A stretch of 64,000 bases of DNA from Basidiobolus meristosporus CBS 931.73. Taxonomy: Eukaryota > Fungi > Basidiobolomycota. Each line of letters begins with the position of its first letter. The stretch's first letter is position 1. The notes beneath the pieces were generated by a model. That model had not been told where the DNA came from. It ran no database searches and saw only the letters and a program-made list of their open reading frames with translations. Shown piece after piece: positions 23,130 through 36,558 of the stretch. The stretch covers positions 63,748-127,747 of the forward strand of contig MCFE01000211.1 in the NCBI GenBank assembly GCA_002104905.1. Reading direction: 5' to 3'. Position numbers and translations under genes: made by a program.

Positions 23130-26100
23130 TGTTATAATTTAAGAAGCTTGGGATTCTTAGCCATCTTTGCAATCTTGTAGCAGGATTGCAATGGTGTTCT
23201 GCTATGTTTACTGCCAAATAAGGTAAAAATCTTAATTATAATTTGACAGTCTCCTTGAAGGGCTTGCCCTATAAAGAATAAATTGGTCCTGCAGGTGAAT
23301 CCAATCAAGTTCAGTGGTGAGGATCCTGCAGTGTGTCTATTATAATGCTGGCAGCTTGGAATTATTGACCCTCCACACAATCTTGTGACAGGATTGTAAT
23401 TATGTTTTGCTGATTTACTGTCAAATAAGTAAAAAGCTTGACAGTGTTTAAGCAGTCTTTTGACAAGAATTGCATGGCATTCCAATGGTCTTAACATGCT
23501 CTTCATTTATTTAAGTGGACATAGCCAGCCAATACATCCAATTGCCTTATATGACAAAAAACTTGGCAGTTCTCTGATAGCCTCATTGCAAACCTCTGCC
23601 AGCATTATAAAAGCAGTCCAGCAGCCTATAGTTTTTTGATATTATTTGCTTATCAACCACTACCTTGGGTTTCCTACATATAGTTTGAGTCAAATATAAC
23701 TGTGGCCTCCTGCTTACTAGCCTCCACAGACACACAAATCTACTGCAGTTGACACACTTTTATCACCTCAGCTCTATGGCTTTTTAGTGTGATACTTGCA
23801 AAGTTGTCATGTACATATATAGACATCTACAAAGAGCTTCTTGGTATTTAACAAATAGATTCCTTCTGCATGCTGGATTCTAGTCCCCCTCATAGGTGCA
23901 CCCTGGCTCTTGTTTGTGGGAATTCTGTATTGAATGCCATGTGTCTCCATGTGCACATCTGTCCTCAGTATTTTCCAACTCTTCATAGCTGTCCTCCATG
24001 TGCCAACTCATCACATCCATGACAGACTTGACAACAGTATTCTTGATGAGATTGGGATATAGTGGTACCTGTTACTTGACTTGTCTTCCTATCTCCCCAT
24101 AAATCTGCTCCATAGGAAACTCCCAAAAGGTGAAGCAAGGCCCAGTATTTTCCACACACCAATCTGGATGGAATAGTGAATGGATACAGTAGTGGCAGTG
24201 ATCTACATGTTCAGCTTTATGCTTGTAGTATAGCTGCTCAAATCCTGTCACAAACTCCTTGCATAAAAGCTGTAGATGTATCAAGTTGCCATTGGTGATC
24301 CGCTTCTGGATAAATACCCCTATGAAAAATAATTTGGTCCTGCAGGTGGATCCAATCTGGATGAGCCATCAGGATCCCATTGAGATCATCATAATACCAG
24401 CAGCTTGGAATTAGTGACCCTCCTAACAATCTTATGTTGGAATCACAAAAGTGTTTTGCTAATTTTACAACCAAATAAAGGGATAAAACTTAACAAGATT
24501 TAATTGGTGCTGTGACAAAAATTGGATGGAATTGTTGCAGTCTTTTAGCGCTCTACAACTATTTTAAGTGGATCCAAATGGCTAGGAAGTCCAATTGCCT
24601 TATATGGCAAGAAGCTTGACAGTATTTTGCCAGCCTCACAGCAAGACTTTAATGGCATTATATTGGCAGTATGACAGCCTACCACTGGCTCTGTATAATG
24701 CTACTGTACCAGTTTACCAAATGGTATTTCCTTTTTCTACCGCCCCTTGTGCAATTCATATATTCCACTATAGAATCACCCCTGTTTATTTGCTTACCCA
24801 CTACTACCTTGGGTATTCCACATATAGCTTAAATCAAAAAAAACTATGGCCTCCTGCTTACTAACCTCTACAAATGCGCACACCTGCCAAAATTGACATA
24901 CTTCTAGCACCTCAACTTTACAGCTTTTTAGTGTGATACTTGCAAAGTTGCCATATACCTTGTACTGCAGGTAACATATACATTCTGCAAACATATGCTT
25001 GATTGTCACCACTTCTGCTACAAATACCTCCTCCATATCCACAAAGAACTTCTTGGTATTTAGCCAATATATTCCTTCTTGTTGCTTGATTTTAGTCCCC
25101 CTTATAGGTGTGCTCTGGCTTTTGTTTATGTGAATTCTGTATTGAATGGTGTAGAAGTTAGCTTGTGGCCATGAGAAATCTGGCATACCTGGGTAGAGTT
25201 TTCCTAATAAAAATTAGTTGCTTATTGTGCCCAACCCAAATTTGCATTACTTGACTGATTACCCACAGATTAAGACTGCTTAGCGTCTGAATGCTATAGG
25301 CATAGGTGTCTCCATGTGCACATTTGTGCTCAGTATTTTCCAACTCTTCCGGGGTGTCCTCCATGCACCAACTCATCATATTGATGATGGACTTCAAGGT
25401 AATATTCTTGAAGAGATTGGGATATGGTAGTACCTGCAACTCAACTCATCTTCCTATCTCCCCACACATCAACTCCGTAGGAAACTCCCAAAAGGTGAAG
25501 CAAAGTCCAATATTCTCCACATGTCATGCAAGATGGAGTAGATAATGGATACAGTGACAGCAGAGATCTACACCCTCAGCTTTATGTTTGTAGTATAGCC
25601 ACTCAAATCCTGTCACAAACTCCTCACACAACAGCTATAGATGCGTCAAGTTGGCATTGATGATCCACTTCTGGATAAATATTCTTACAATGTCCACATA
25701 CAACTCCCGGTGAATACAATGTACTCTTGGTAAAAGTGGCTCAGAACATCACCTGAGTAAATACATATCCAGCTCATCCAGTCTGTGCAGTTGTATTGTT
25801 GCATATGCATATGAATATTGATTGGAGCCTATGAGAAGTACTTATTCATGCAAAAAAACTGCAGTTCTTGCCAACTAATGCCACAAGCCTGGAACAGAGT
25901 GAATCCCATCATAGCCAAGAAGAATTACCAACAAGAAAACAGCTGTTTTCACATGAGTTGGAAGCACAGCCAGTTGAGCTACACTCCAGTGAGGTAGATG
26001 AGTTTGCTGAAAAAGGCAATTTGTCTACTGCAGCCTCCACATCCTTCATTGCTAACAGAGTGGGGATCCCACTGACAGTCAAGGCTACAATGTCAAGAGC

Positions 26101-27297
26101 TTGAAAGACCATTACAATGCCTTCAGTGGAATTTTGAAACATCAATAGGCACACTAAGAGGATGCAGCACTTCTTCAAGAGCAGTGCTCAAGAAATTGCA
26201 CTTGAATATTGCAGGGATTTATTGCAAAAACAGGCAGATGAGGTGCTAGACCTTGCAGTGCCGGCTGAAGACAAGGGCATGTGGAAACCAGTGAATGAAC
26301 AGTGGCATAAAGCTGTTGGATTCCCACCAAAGTTGTTGAACCAGGGCACTACAGCAGAAATACATATTGAGTGGTGGATTTTAATGGAGTTACCTGTAGA
26401 GTGTGGGGTTGGGCTTAATGTTAGTGTAGGGTATAGGGACTTGTATAGGCTAATACAATTGGCAATTGAGGTACAAGTGAAGTTTTGACAGAAATACATC
26501 AATTTTTACATATGAAAAGTAAGAGAAACAGTTGAGTCAGGAAGTAAGGAGTGTGAAGAAGAGGCAATAGCAAATCAATGCACACAAATGTAGGAGGTGA
26601 CAGAGTGTCTGGGATCCAAAAGTGTGCAAATTGGCAGGGAACCAATCAAAAGCCACGTAAATATCATTGTGATGGAAAATTTTGACTAAGTTTTTGTGAA
26701 ATCTAGGGCGCAATTATTTTTCAACAGTCTATGGACAGTGCCCTGATGGGATCAGTACCTCTTAGTCATAGGACTTTAACTTTGTCACAGCCTTTAGATG
26801 GAATTGTTGCAATAATTTTTCATAGGGAAAATGCAGTTGAAAATTGCAAGGATTTATTGTAAAGACTGGCAGATGAGGTGCTACATCATGTAGTACTAGC
26901 TGAAGACCAGGACATATGGGAACCAGTGAAAGAACAGCGGCATAAAGTTGCAGGTTTCCTACAAAAATCATGAAAGAAGTGTGTCACAGCAGAAATACTT
27001 ATTGAATGATAGGTTTTGTGAAGTCACATGTTATGTATGATGTTGGGCTTAATGTTGGTGCTGGGTATGGGTGCTTGTATAGGTCATTACAATTGATAAT
27101 TGAGGTACAACTGAAGTTTCAATGCAAATAAATCAGTTTGTGTGCAACAAAAGTAAGAGAATTGGTTGTGTCAGGAAGTACGGAGGGTAAGAAAGAGGCA
27201 ATAGCCAAGCAAGGACACAACACAGGAGGTGATTGAGTGTCTGGGATCAGAAAGTGAGCATATTGCCTCTGGACCAATCAAAAGCCACATATGTAAT
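23130..27297. mobile_element. Mosaic of CACTA transposase fragments (-) and companion-gene/terminus fragments (+)
   Basis: Repeated blocks homologous to 8690-9127, 13814-14801 and 21950-22880, e.g. YKHKAEHVDHCHYCIHSLFHPDWCVENTGPCFTFWEFPMEQ. A second subterminal block lies at ~26680-26785. Confidence 0.7.
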
Positions 27298-29185
27298 AGA
27301 CTTGATCTGATGGATAGTGCCCCACAGTGCTTGCCTGTTTATAGTACAGGATCAATCTGGCACTCTAAAGCACTATCTGGCACTCCAATTTCTACCATAT
27401 TGCCAGTGGTAGGATACAGCAACTGGTATTTTACTCAGTCATAATTATATTGCTCAGAACAGTGCTTTTCTTGCTGCATTTAAAGGATTGTGCTGAGATG
27501 ATTTGATTTGATTTGGCACAATCAGCTTTATTTATCTGATTTTCCATGCACTGTGATTAAATCTCCATCAATTGCCATGTATAAAATTGAGAAAAGGCCA
27601 GCAAAATACCATCATAAAATCAGCTGAATTCCAAGTTTCTCAAAATTGACAACTCTCAATATCTCTATTCTGAGCTGATGCGCAGGCAAGCAAACAAGCC
27701 TCCATACCAAATTTGGTAATAAGCTGCCCATTACTTTCATTAAAAAATTGCATTTGAAATTTGAACCCAAAACACTAGCTCAATAGCAGTAAAATACCAT
27801 TAGAATGCCTGCAGAATACCTGCTAGAAATCAGATGAGTCCCAAGTTTGAGATTTTTCATAGAGATATATATACCAAGACAAGAATTGAAATCAAGAATG
27901 AGCTTAGAGTGAGGGGATTTGATGAGGAAGCCAAATGCAAACAAACCTACATGCAATTTGCACAGTATAGGCTGGACACCTCTGTTTGTGTCTCAGGTTT
28001 GGTAACCAAAGAGATTTGAATGAATTTTTGCCTCAAGTCACTAATGTATTACATGATATATTAATACAGCCAAGTGCCATCCAAGTGCAATATCCATAGG
28101 ACTCATCAAGGCAACAGTTCCAAAGTGTTAGACAGAGGGTAAGCTAATACTATACAGAATCAGAAGACAAGCTTCAAGAGGAAGAATAGAAACTGCAAGC
28201 AATTGCATCCAGATTGCACCAGTACACCTTGCTGGACACCGTACCATCACCTGCAATGATGGCGCACCAGTGCACATCAGTCCAATCTGCACCAACATCT
28301 TTCACAAGAGCACCCCACATTGAGTCAATGCATGTCAGAACAACATGGATGCTTCAGAGCAAAACTACCAGAACTTGCCATACTGCTCATTTAGACAGTA
28401 GTCCATTGGAGCAAGCCAAGTTGCATCAACATGTAACAGACTCAGCTAAGGGCCATGCCAACAAGTCAAGTTGTGCCTATGCATGCTGTTTCACCTGACC
28501 ATTAGCAAGTTACTTCTTGTGAACAGACTGACAATGACCCACATGAAGTGCTTCCACCACTGGAACCTTTAGCAAGTAAAGGAACACATCAGCACATGGC
28601 ACTTCAGGTGGGTTCTGTTATATCATCTGGAGCAATTCAGCATGGCCAAGCTCCAGCATTGCACTCATCAACTACAAGGCAAAATACTAATTACAAGTAC
28701 ACTAGCAGCCAAGATGATAGTCAACAATGAGGTAGTTCAGGTGTTCAAGGTGAATTACTACCAAATGCCACAGTAGTAATCCTTGTGAGAGAAAAACCTA
28801 GGAGAAGATTATGCAATTGTACTGAATTGTCACCATTTGTCATGAAACAAACATCACAGCATTTTGGAATCTAAACTGACCCATTGTAAATCAGTGATCA
28901 TCAAACTTTTGATAAAAGTAATATTATGGTTGTCTCACATTTGAGACAGAGCCCCTATAATAAACACCCTGCAAATAGATACATCATCTGCAGTACTTAT
29001 GCGGCCATTTGATTGAATCTGCACCTGCACAATTGGTTGCATGCCTGCTATGACACTTTGTCCAATCACCAAGATCAGGGATTTACTTGCTCAATTGGCA
29101 AAATGGGATATATGATGGCAAATTAGGTAGCTTTTGTATTGGTCAATGAGCCATTTGGGGGCTAACAGCTTCAGGATACTTTTAT
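27298..29185 (+). mobile_element. PHIS-family copy lacking the transposase; right end truncated
   Basis: Left TIR AGACTTGATC at 27298 preceded by AAT. Left subterminal sequence joins directly to the promoter region at ~27480. Decayed ORF2 at ~27870-28810. Homology stops at ~29185. Confidence 0.85.
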
Positions 29186-29189
29186 ACAA

Positions 29190-32100
29190 ATTGGCATCAA
29201 CATACCATCCCTATACCCAGAACCAACATTTAGCTCAACCTCATACTCAACAAGTAACTCCATTAAATCTACCGCTCATATTGTTTTTGTTGTAGTACTC
29301 TGTTTCCATGACTATAGTGGGAACCCTTCTGCTTAATGTCACTTCTCATTCACAGTTTCCCATATGGCATGGTCTTCAGCCTGCACTGCAAGGTCTGACA
29401 CCTCTTCTGCCAGTCTTTACAACACATCCTTGCAATATTTAAGTGCATCTTCTTGAGCACCGTTCTTCACAAAGGGCTGCAACCTCTTGGCATGCCTATT
29501 GATGTTCAAAAATTCCACTGAAGGCATTGTGACAACCTTTTGAGTTCTTGGTGTTGTTTCTTTGTCTGTCAGTAGAATCTCCACTCTGTCAATAATGGAG
29601 GACATGGAAGCTGTGATAGACAAATTGCTCCTCTCTGCAAACTCATCCACCCCACTGGAGTGTAGCAAAACTGGCTGCATTTCTATGTCTTGTGAGTACA
29701 ATTGTTTTCTAGTAAATAATTCTTATTGGCTATGAAAGGATTAAGTCTGTTTGGGGCTTACAGACTTCATTGGCAAGAACTGCAGCATTTTTCTTATGCC
29801 TCTCTGTCAATGACTTGGGTAGACTCTTTTCCCGTTACCTTTTCCTTGATCATTGCCAGGCCTTTCACTGCTATTTTGTCTGAGTGCTTCTAATGTTGAA
29901 TTATGCTTTCTCCTTGATAAATGCTACTCTGATACTTCTGTGTTAATCCGCTTGTCCCTTGCTGACAGTCAGTGTGCAACTTGATGATTGTTTCTACTTG
30001 TTTTGAGTTCTCAGCCCATGCTATGATGGGTGCCTGTAGTAGTTGCTTTTTTTATCACTGCAAAGTCTATGACTGCTACTTTCACTGAGTTCTTCCTGAG
30101 TGGGGATACACTCTTTCTGTGACAGATGTTGTTCTGGTGCATCTGTTCTGCCTGCTTTTCCTATATTGGCTCTCTTCCAGCTACCCAGTATCCCTTTGAC
30201 TCTTGCTTAGTGCTTTTGACCCTGCTTGTAAAGTGCTCTTAAGGAAGCAGCTAGTTTTTAGCCATTGCACCCTTGTTCCTCTACCTTTAATAGTTTTTGC
30301 TACTCATGAAATACTTTCTTAGCATACCAATGTTGCCCCAAAATCTGTTTGCCTGTTTGAGTCCAGGGAAATACTCATGGAGCAAGTCAAGCACATTCTG
30401 ATTTGCCTTGAGTCCCTGATGGTCCCAAGAAATGCTGGCCTTACAGTGTTGGCTTGCTAGACTTTTAAGGGCCTCTTGAATACCAACCAGCTCTTCATCA
30501 CTGCACTCAACAGCTTCATGGATATTAGATATCTTTTGATTATTAGGCTCCAGTATAAACACTACATTTTTTCCTCCAATGCTGTGATAGGCTTTCTAGG
30601 GGCTCTATCTTTGGGCACTGATACTGTGTGTATGGTGTTCCACTGCTGCTACATTGGGAAATGGCTCAATGCTTGGCCACAACATTCAGCTACTTGAGTT
30701 TTTGCATTGCAGAAAAGATACTGCTTTCTCTACCTGGGATATTGATTGCTCTACATGTGTTATCTGCTTATTCTGTATCTGACTATTTCCTGATTTCTCC
30801 GGGCCATTGCATCTATCCTATCAGTCACTGCATCTAGTTGCCTCATCAATGCTTTGATATGACCTGACAGCATACTTGCTAATATGGGTGGTGGTGATGT
30901 TATTATAGTCACTTGCTGGCCTTCAATTACAGGTACTGCTGTTGCTACATTCTGATCTGCCTCAGCATTATGGTCAGCTTATGACTCTGCAGTAATTCCA
31001 ATTGCGTACTTGACTGAGAGCCTGATGAGCTCACATTGATTCCTTCAGTAGGCACACTGTCCGCAGGGCTTTTTTTGGTTGTAGCCCTGCTTATTTCACT
31101 GAATGTCAAAGCAAGCTATTGTCCAACTGCTCTTGTACTCCTGTCAATGGTGGGGTTTAGTTGGGAACCAGACAATTTTGTGTTATTTTTTGTGGCATAA
31201 GTATGGAGGTAAGTCAAACCAAAGGGGAAATAGTGTTACATATATGTAAGTATGTAATGCCACATCTTTATTTATAATGCTTTCTTTAGTGGGTTAACAC
31301 TGCATCTTAAACTCATGTAGGTGAAATGTCTCAAGGACAGAATTGTGTAAGATTCAAATGAGTATTGAGAAAATATAATAAAATAGTGTTGTGTTGTTAA
31401 GTGTCCAACTGCTTGCCCCATGGATAAGACTTCAATGATTCAACACTGTGAGAGAAGTGAAAAAAGACCATGTGGCTATTATGGCAATCCTCTCAGCCAT
31501 TAAGCATGTTGACTGCATAGGAGGTATTACAAGAATTGTGGCCAATGTTTTCCCACACAAGTAATAGTTGATCATTCACCAGTGACTACTGTTCCAACAA
31601 TATCTTGCTGGCCACTTGATTTTGCAATACAACAACTGGATGTACTTGTCACCCTGCACAAACTGAGTCAGGTGAGTTTGTGATGTCTTTAGGCTTGCCT
31701 TACCTTTCTAAATATGGTATGCAGAGTGATAGCTCCAAAGAAGCAGACTCACTGATGGATTGTGAGCCTATCTTCCCTAACAACAGTACCCTGCATAGGC
31801 CTGGCAAAATCCCATAATGCAACAAGACAACACCAGTGGAGTAAATGCCAAAAATACCCTATGGAGCCAAGTGAGCCCAGTAGTCAATCTACTAGTGAAT
31901 AATGTGATGTTGTGGCCAGAGAAGTGGCATGTTCCCACTACTATCAGTGATAGGGGCATTGAGCATATACTACTACTTCTTGACATAATCATAGTGGGAT
32001 GCAACTTACCATGCACATGGTGTAAATGGATAACTGTCATGCACCTGACAAAATATGTTTACCCTACCACAAATATTGAACAGTTTGCTTTGACACTCTG

Positions 32101-33556
32101 TAAAGCAAGCAGGGCTACAAGCAAAAAAAGACCTGTGGACAGTGTGTCAACCAAAGGTAACAATGTAGACTCCTTAGTCCCTGAGTTAAGTTGACAATTG
32201 GAAATCACCTTGGGGTTGCAAGCTGACTATAATGCTGAGGCATATAGGAATGTAGAAAAAGCAATACCTGCAGCTGAAGACCAGCAAATTGTCATCACAA
32301 CATTACCACCACTCATATAAGCAAGTATGTAGTCAGCTGATACCAAGCATTAATGAGGCAGCTAGTTGCTGTGGCTATTAGGATAGACACAATGGCCCAG
32401 AGAAATCAGCAAATAATCCAGAAGCAAGGTCAGCTTATGAAAGGTGCAGAGCAATCAGTATCCTAGGTAAAGACAATAACAGAAACAATAGCAGACAAAG
32501 AAGGGTGCAATGGCTAAAAACTAGTAGCTTCCTCAGGACCCTGTTCCTAAGTAGGGTCAAGAGCTCCAAACTGGCATCAGAGGGACACTAGGTAGCTGGA
32601 AGATTGCCAATAAAGGAGAAGCAGACAGATACAGATGCACCAGCACAATATTTATCAAGGAAAAAGTGTACCTCTACTCAAGAGGCACTGAGTGTAAGTT
32701 GCAGGGAAGGACCTAGCAGTTAAAAAACAAGTGGCCACCTCAGAGGCCTGTCACAGCATGGGGTAAGAGCTCAAATCAAGCAGAAAAGAAGCATCAGGTT
32801 GCCTCCAGAGTGCCAGCAAGGGACAGGCAGGCAGAAACAAATACATCAGAGCGGCATTTATCAAGGAGAGAGCATAGTTTAATACAAGAAGCACCCAAAT
32901 AAAGTAGCTGTTTAAGACTTGGTTGTGACAAAGGAAAAGGTCAAGAGAAAGAGGTTTACTCAAGCCAGAGGCATGGAAGCATGAGAAAAGAGGTGCAGCT
33001 CTTGTCAATTAACACTGTAAGCCTTGCAGTGCCAGCTGAAGATCAGGACATTTGGGACCAGTGAATGAACAGCAGCATAATGTTGTACAACTCCCACCAA
33101 AGCCATGGAAACAGAGAGTTACAGAAGAAACTTGTATACAGTGGTGGATTTTAATGGAGTGACTTGTTGAGTGTGGGTTAGGGCTTAATGATAGTGTAGG
33201 GTCTGGGGACTTGTATAGGCCAGTACAGTTGGCAATTGAGGTACAATTGAAGCTCCAATGGAAAAGAATCTATTTGTAGGCATGAAAAGTAAGAGAAACA
33301 GCTGATTCAGGAGGTAGGAGTGTGAAAATGTGGCAATGGTCAATCAATGCACACAAATGTATGAAGCAATAGAGTGTCTGGGAACAGAAAGTGAGAGAAT
33401 GAGGTTAGAGCCAATCAAAAGACACATCCATATTGCTGTGATGACAAATTGTGACCAAGTTTTCTGAGAAATTTGGGGTGAAACTATTTTTTGACAATCT
33501 TTGCATGGTGCCCTGATGGGATCAAAACTTCTTAGTCAAGGGACTTGGAATTAGTG
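29190..33556. mobile_element. Rearranged CACTA-family copies (inverted companion gene, transposase 5' part, second companion fragment, terminus)
   Basis: Companion gene on - (~29190-31200), transposase start on + (atggataagac at ~31470), companion fragment on + (~32070-33270). The block ends ...ggacttggaattagtg at 33556, whose reverse complement begins CACTA. Confidence 0.7.
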
Positions 33557-33995
33557 GCAGCCTTTTGACTGGATTATCACGATAACTTTGCACAGGGTAG
33601 TGATTTTGCCAAGCTTGTGAAGGGTATTGCTCAGAGAGGATATAAGCTCAGAATCCATTGGTGAGCATGCTACTTGAGGGCTATCACTCTGCAAGCTGTA
33701 TTCATTAGGATGGGGGTAGCCTAAAGGAATTTTAAACTCACCAGAATCAGCTTGAGCAAGGTTACAGGTACAGCTAGATACCATCATGAAAATATCAAGA
33801 GGCCAGCAAGATATTGTTAGTACAGTAGTGACTGGTGAATACCAAAGATTGCTATAGGGTCTTGGCAATATTAGAAGGGATTGGGAGTAGATAATGTGGT
33901 TTTTAGTTAGTGAACTTTTGAATATAAAGTAGCATTTATACTTTACATAGTCTTGTATGAAAACATGTTGAATAGATTTAGGAAGATCCAACAAC

Positions 33996-34255
33996 TGTTG
34001 AAATATTAGACTATTTGGTATCATTCAGCAGCTAAAAATTTACTTAACAACTCTAGACTAGTCTTGGTCACTGGACAACATATTTGTAGCCCCAAATTTG
34101 CCAGTTTCTTCACATCTATTATCCTATGATTATTCCCCTGTGGTGAAGATCAAATCAACACTTTTTACTAAATATATGTACTAACCACAAAACCGTTGCA
34201 GAATGCTCCTGAATGTTAAGAAACCCTCCTTACTTAGTGTTAAAGCTGTATTACC
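33996..34255 (+). mobile_element. Truncated LTR of copia family 2 (preceded by a family-1 LTR fragment, ~33880-33995)
   Basis: Starts TGTTGAAATATT and is collinear with the LTR at 36559-36926. Confidence 0.7.
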
Positions 34256-34379
34256 TCATCATCTTCCCACAGAGAGAACATACAGAAGTCAGCATGCAAT
34301 TACAGCAACATTGGCAAGCAGTAAGCCATTGGCTGGAATTTGGAATCAATTAGAAACTGGAGATACTTGGGTGTATTTA

Positions 34380-35820
34380 CTCAAGTGGCATTTTGATGCC
34401 ATTCCTACCAAAAGTAGATTGAAAGCATTGGGAGTCATATGTGGACATTGAAGGAATATTTATCCAGAAGTGGATCACCAATGCCAACTTGACGCATCTA
34501 CAGCTGTTGTGCAAGGTGTTTGTGACAGGATTTGAGAGGCCATACTACAAACATATAGCTGAATGTGTAGTTCTCTGTTGCTAATGTATCCATTCTCTAC
34601 TCCATCTTGCATGGTATATGGAAAGTATTGGGCATTGCTTCACCTTCTGGGAGTTTCCTATGGAGCAGATGCATGGGGAGATAGAAAGACAAGTCAAGTT
34701 GCAGGTACCATCATATCCTAATCTGATCAAGAATGGCACCTGGAAATCTGTCATGGATATGATGAGTTGACATATAGAGGATAGCCAGGAAGAGTTGGAA
34801 AATACTGAGGACAAGTGTGCACATTGAGACACTTATGCCCATGGCATTAAGAAGCTGAGCAGCTCCAATGTGTGTGTAATCAGCTAAGTAATGCAAAGTT
34901 GGGTAGGGTGCAACAAGCAACTAATTTTTATCAGGAAAACTCTGCCAAGGTATGCTGGATTTCTCATGGTCTCAAGCCAAGTTCTACGCCATTCAATACA
35001 GAATTCACAAAAACAAAAACCAGAGCGTACCTATAAGGGGGACTAGAATCCCATAGAAGCAGGAATATACTGGCTAGATACCAAGAAGTTCTTTGTATAT
35101 ATTCAGGAGGTATTCAAGGCAGAAGTGGCAACTGCCAAGCATATGTTTGCAAGATGTATATGTTACCAGCAGTATAACATATATAGCAACTTTGCAAGTA
35201 TTACACTAAAAAGCTGAAAAGTTGAGGTGCTAGAAGTATGTCAATTGTGGCAGGTGTATGCATCTGAGAAGTTAATAAGCAGGCGGTCATATTTTTTTGA
35301 TTCAAACTATATGTGGAATACCCAAGGTGGTAGTGGGATAGCAAATAAAGAGGGGTTATTCTACAGTGAAATACATATATGGCACAAGGGGAGGTAGAAA
35401 AAGGAAATACCATTTGGTGAATTGGTACGGTAGCATCATATAGAACTGGCTGTAGGCCACCATACTGCCATTATAATGCCAAAAGAGTCTTGCTGCAAGG
35501 CCATTGAAATACTTTCAAGTTTTTTGCCATTCAAGGTAATAGGTGTCCTGGCCAGTTGGACTCATTTAAAATAGTTGTTGAGCACAATATAACTGCAATA
35601 ATATCATGCAATTACTGTCACAGTACCAATCAAATCTTGTTAAGTGTTATAACTTTATTAGGCAGTAAAATTAGGAAAACACAATTGTGATCCCATCATA
35701 AGATTGTTAAGCGGGTCACCATTTCCAAGCTGCAGGTAGTATGATGGTCTCTACACAGAATTCTGACAGCTGATCTTGTTTGGATCCACCCAAGGGATCA
35801 AGCTATTTATCATAGGGAAC
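34380..35820 (+). pseudogene. CACTA transposase 3' fragment
   Basis: Reverse-complement homolog of 13814-14800 and 8700-9127. Confidence 0.7.
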
Positions 35821-36558
35821 AAAGTGCAACCAATCATTGTTATGATTAGTATATTGACTCTGGAGCATCACAGCATATTTGAAGTATCAAGGAGTGGCTC
35901 AGCAACTTGAAGACTATTCTGGTAAGAAATGTTTATCTGAGAGATAACTCTGCACTGGTAGCTACCACCAGTGGGTCTATACTACCAAACATGGGTGATA
36001 TCTCAGGGGCTAAAGCAGCAAAACCAACTGATGTACTCTACATCCCTGGAATAGCTAGGAACCTACTCTCAGTCAGTAAAGCAACTGCTCATGGACTGAA
36101 GTATTTTTTTACTAAGCTGAATTGCTTATTATTGGGTGAAAATGGACAACAATTAGCTTTGGGAATCATATATTACAACATATCTAAGCTACAATGCAAG
36201 ATCATTATACCTTGGTATGCTAACATTGCTGAAACTGATGAAATCAGCTGGAGACATTACATAACAGTCAAGGACATGTTGGGGAACAGAGAGTTAGCTA
36301 ATTGGCAGAAAATCAGCTTCTTAGGGGCCTATAGTACTCAATTCTGACCAAATTCAGTGTCTGTGAGGGATTTTCATATGGTTAACAAGCTAGGTAACAT
36401 TTAAGAAGCTCAGGAGGCATTGACCCCACCAATATATTGGCTGTTGTTTACACAGAGATCTGTAGGCCCATGAGATCACTATGCTTTGGAGCCAAGAGAT
36501 ACTTTATGATGTTTATTGATGACAGGACAGGATATATATGGGCATACTTCCTTGTCAC

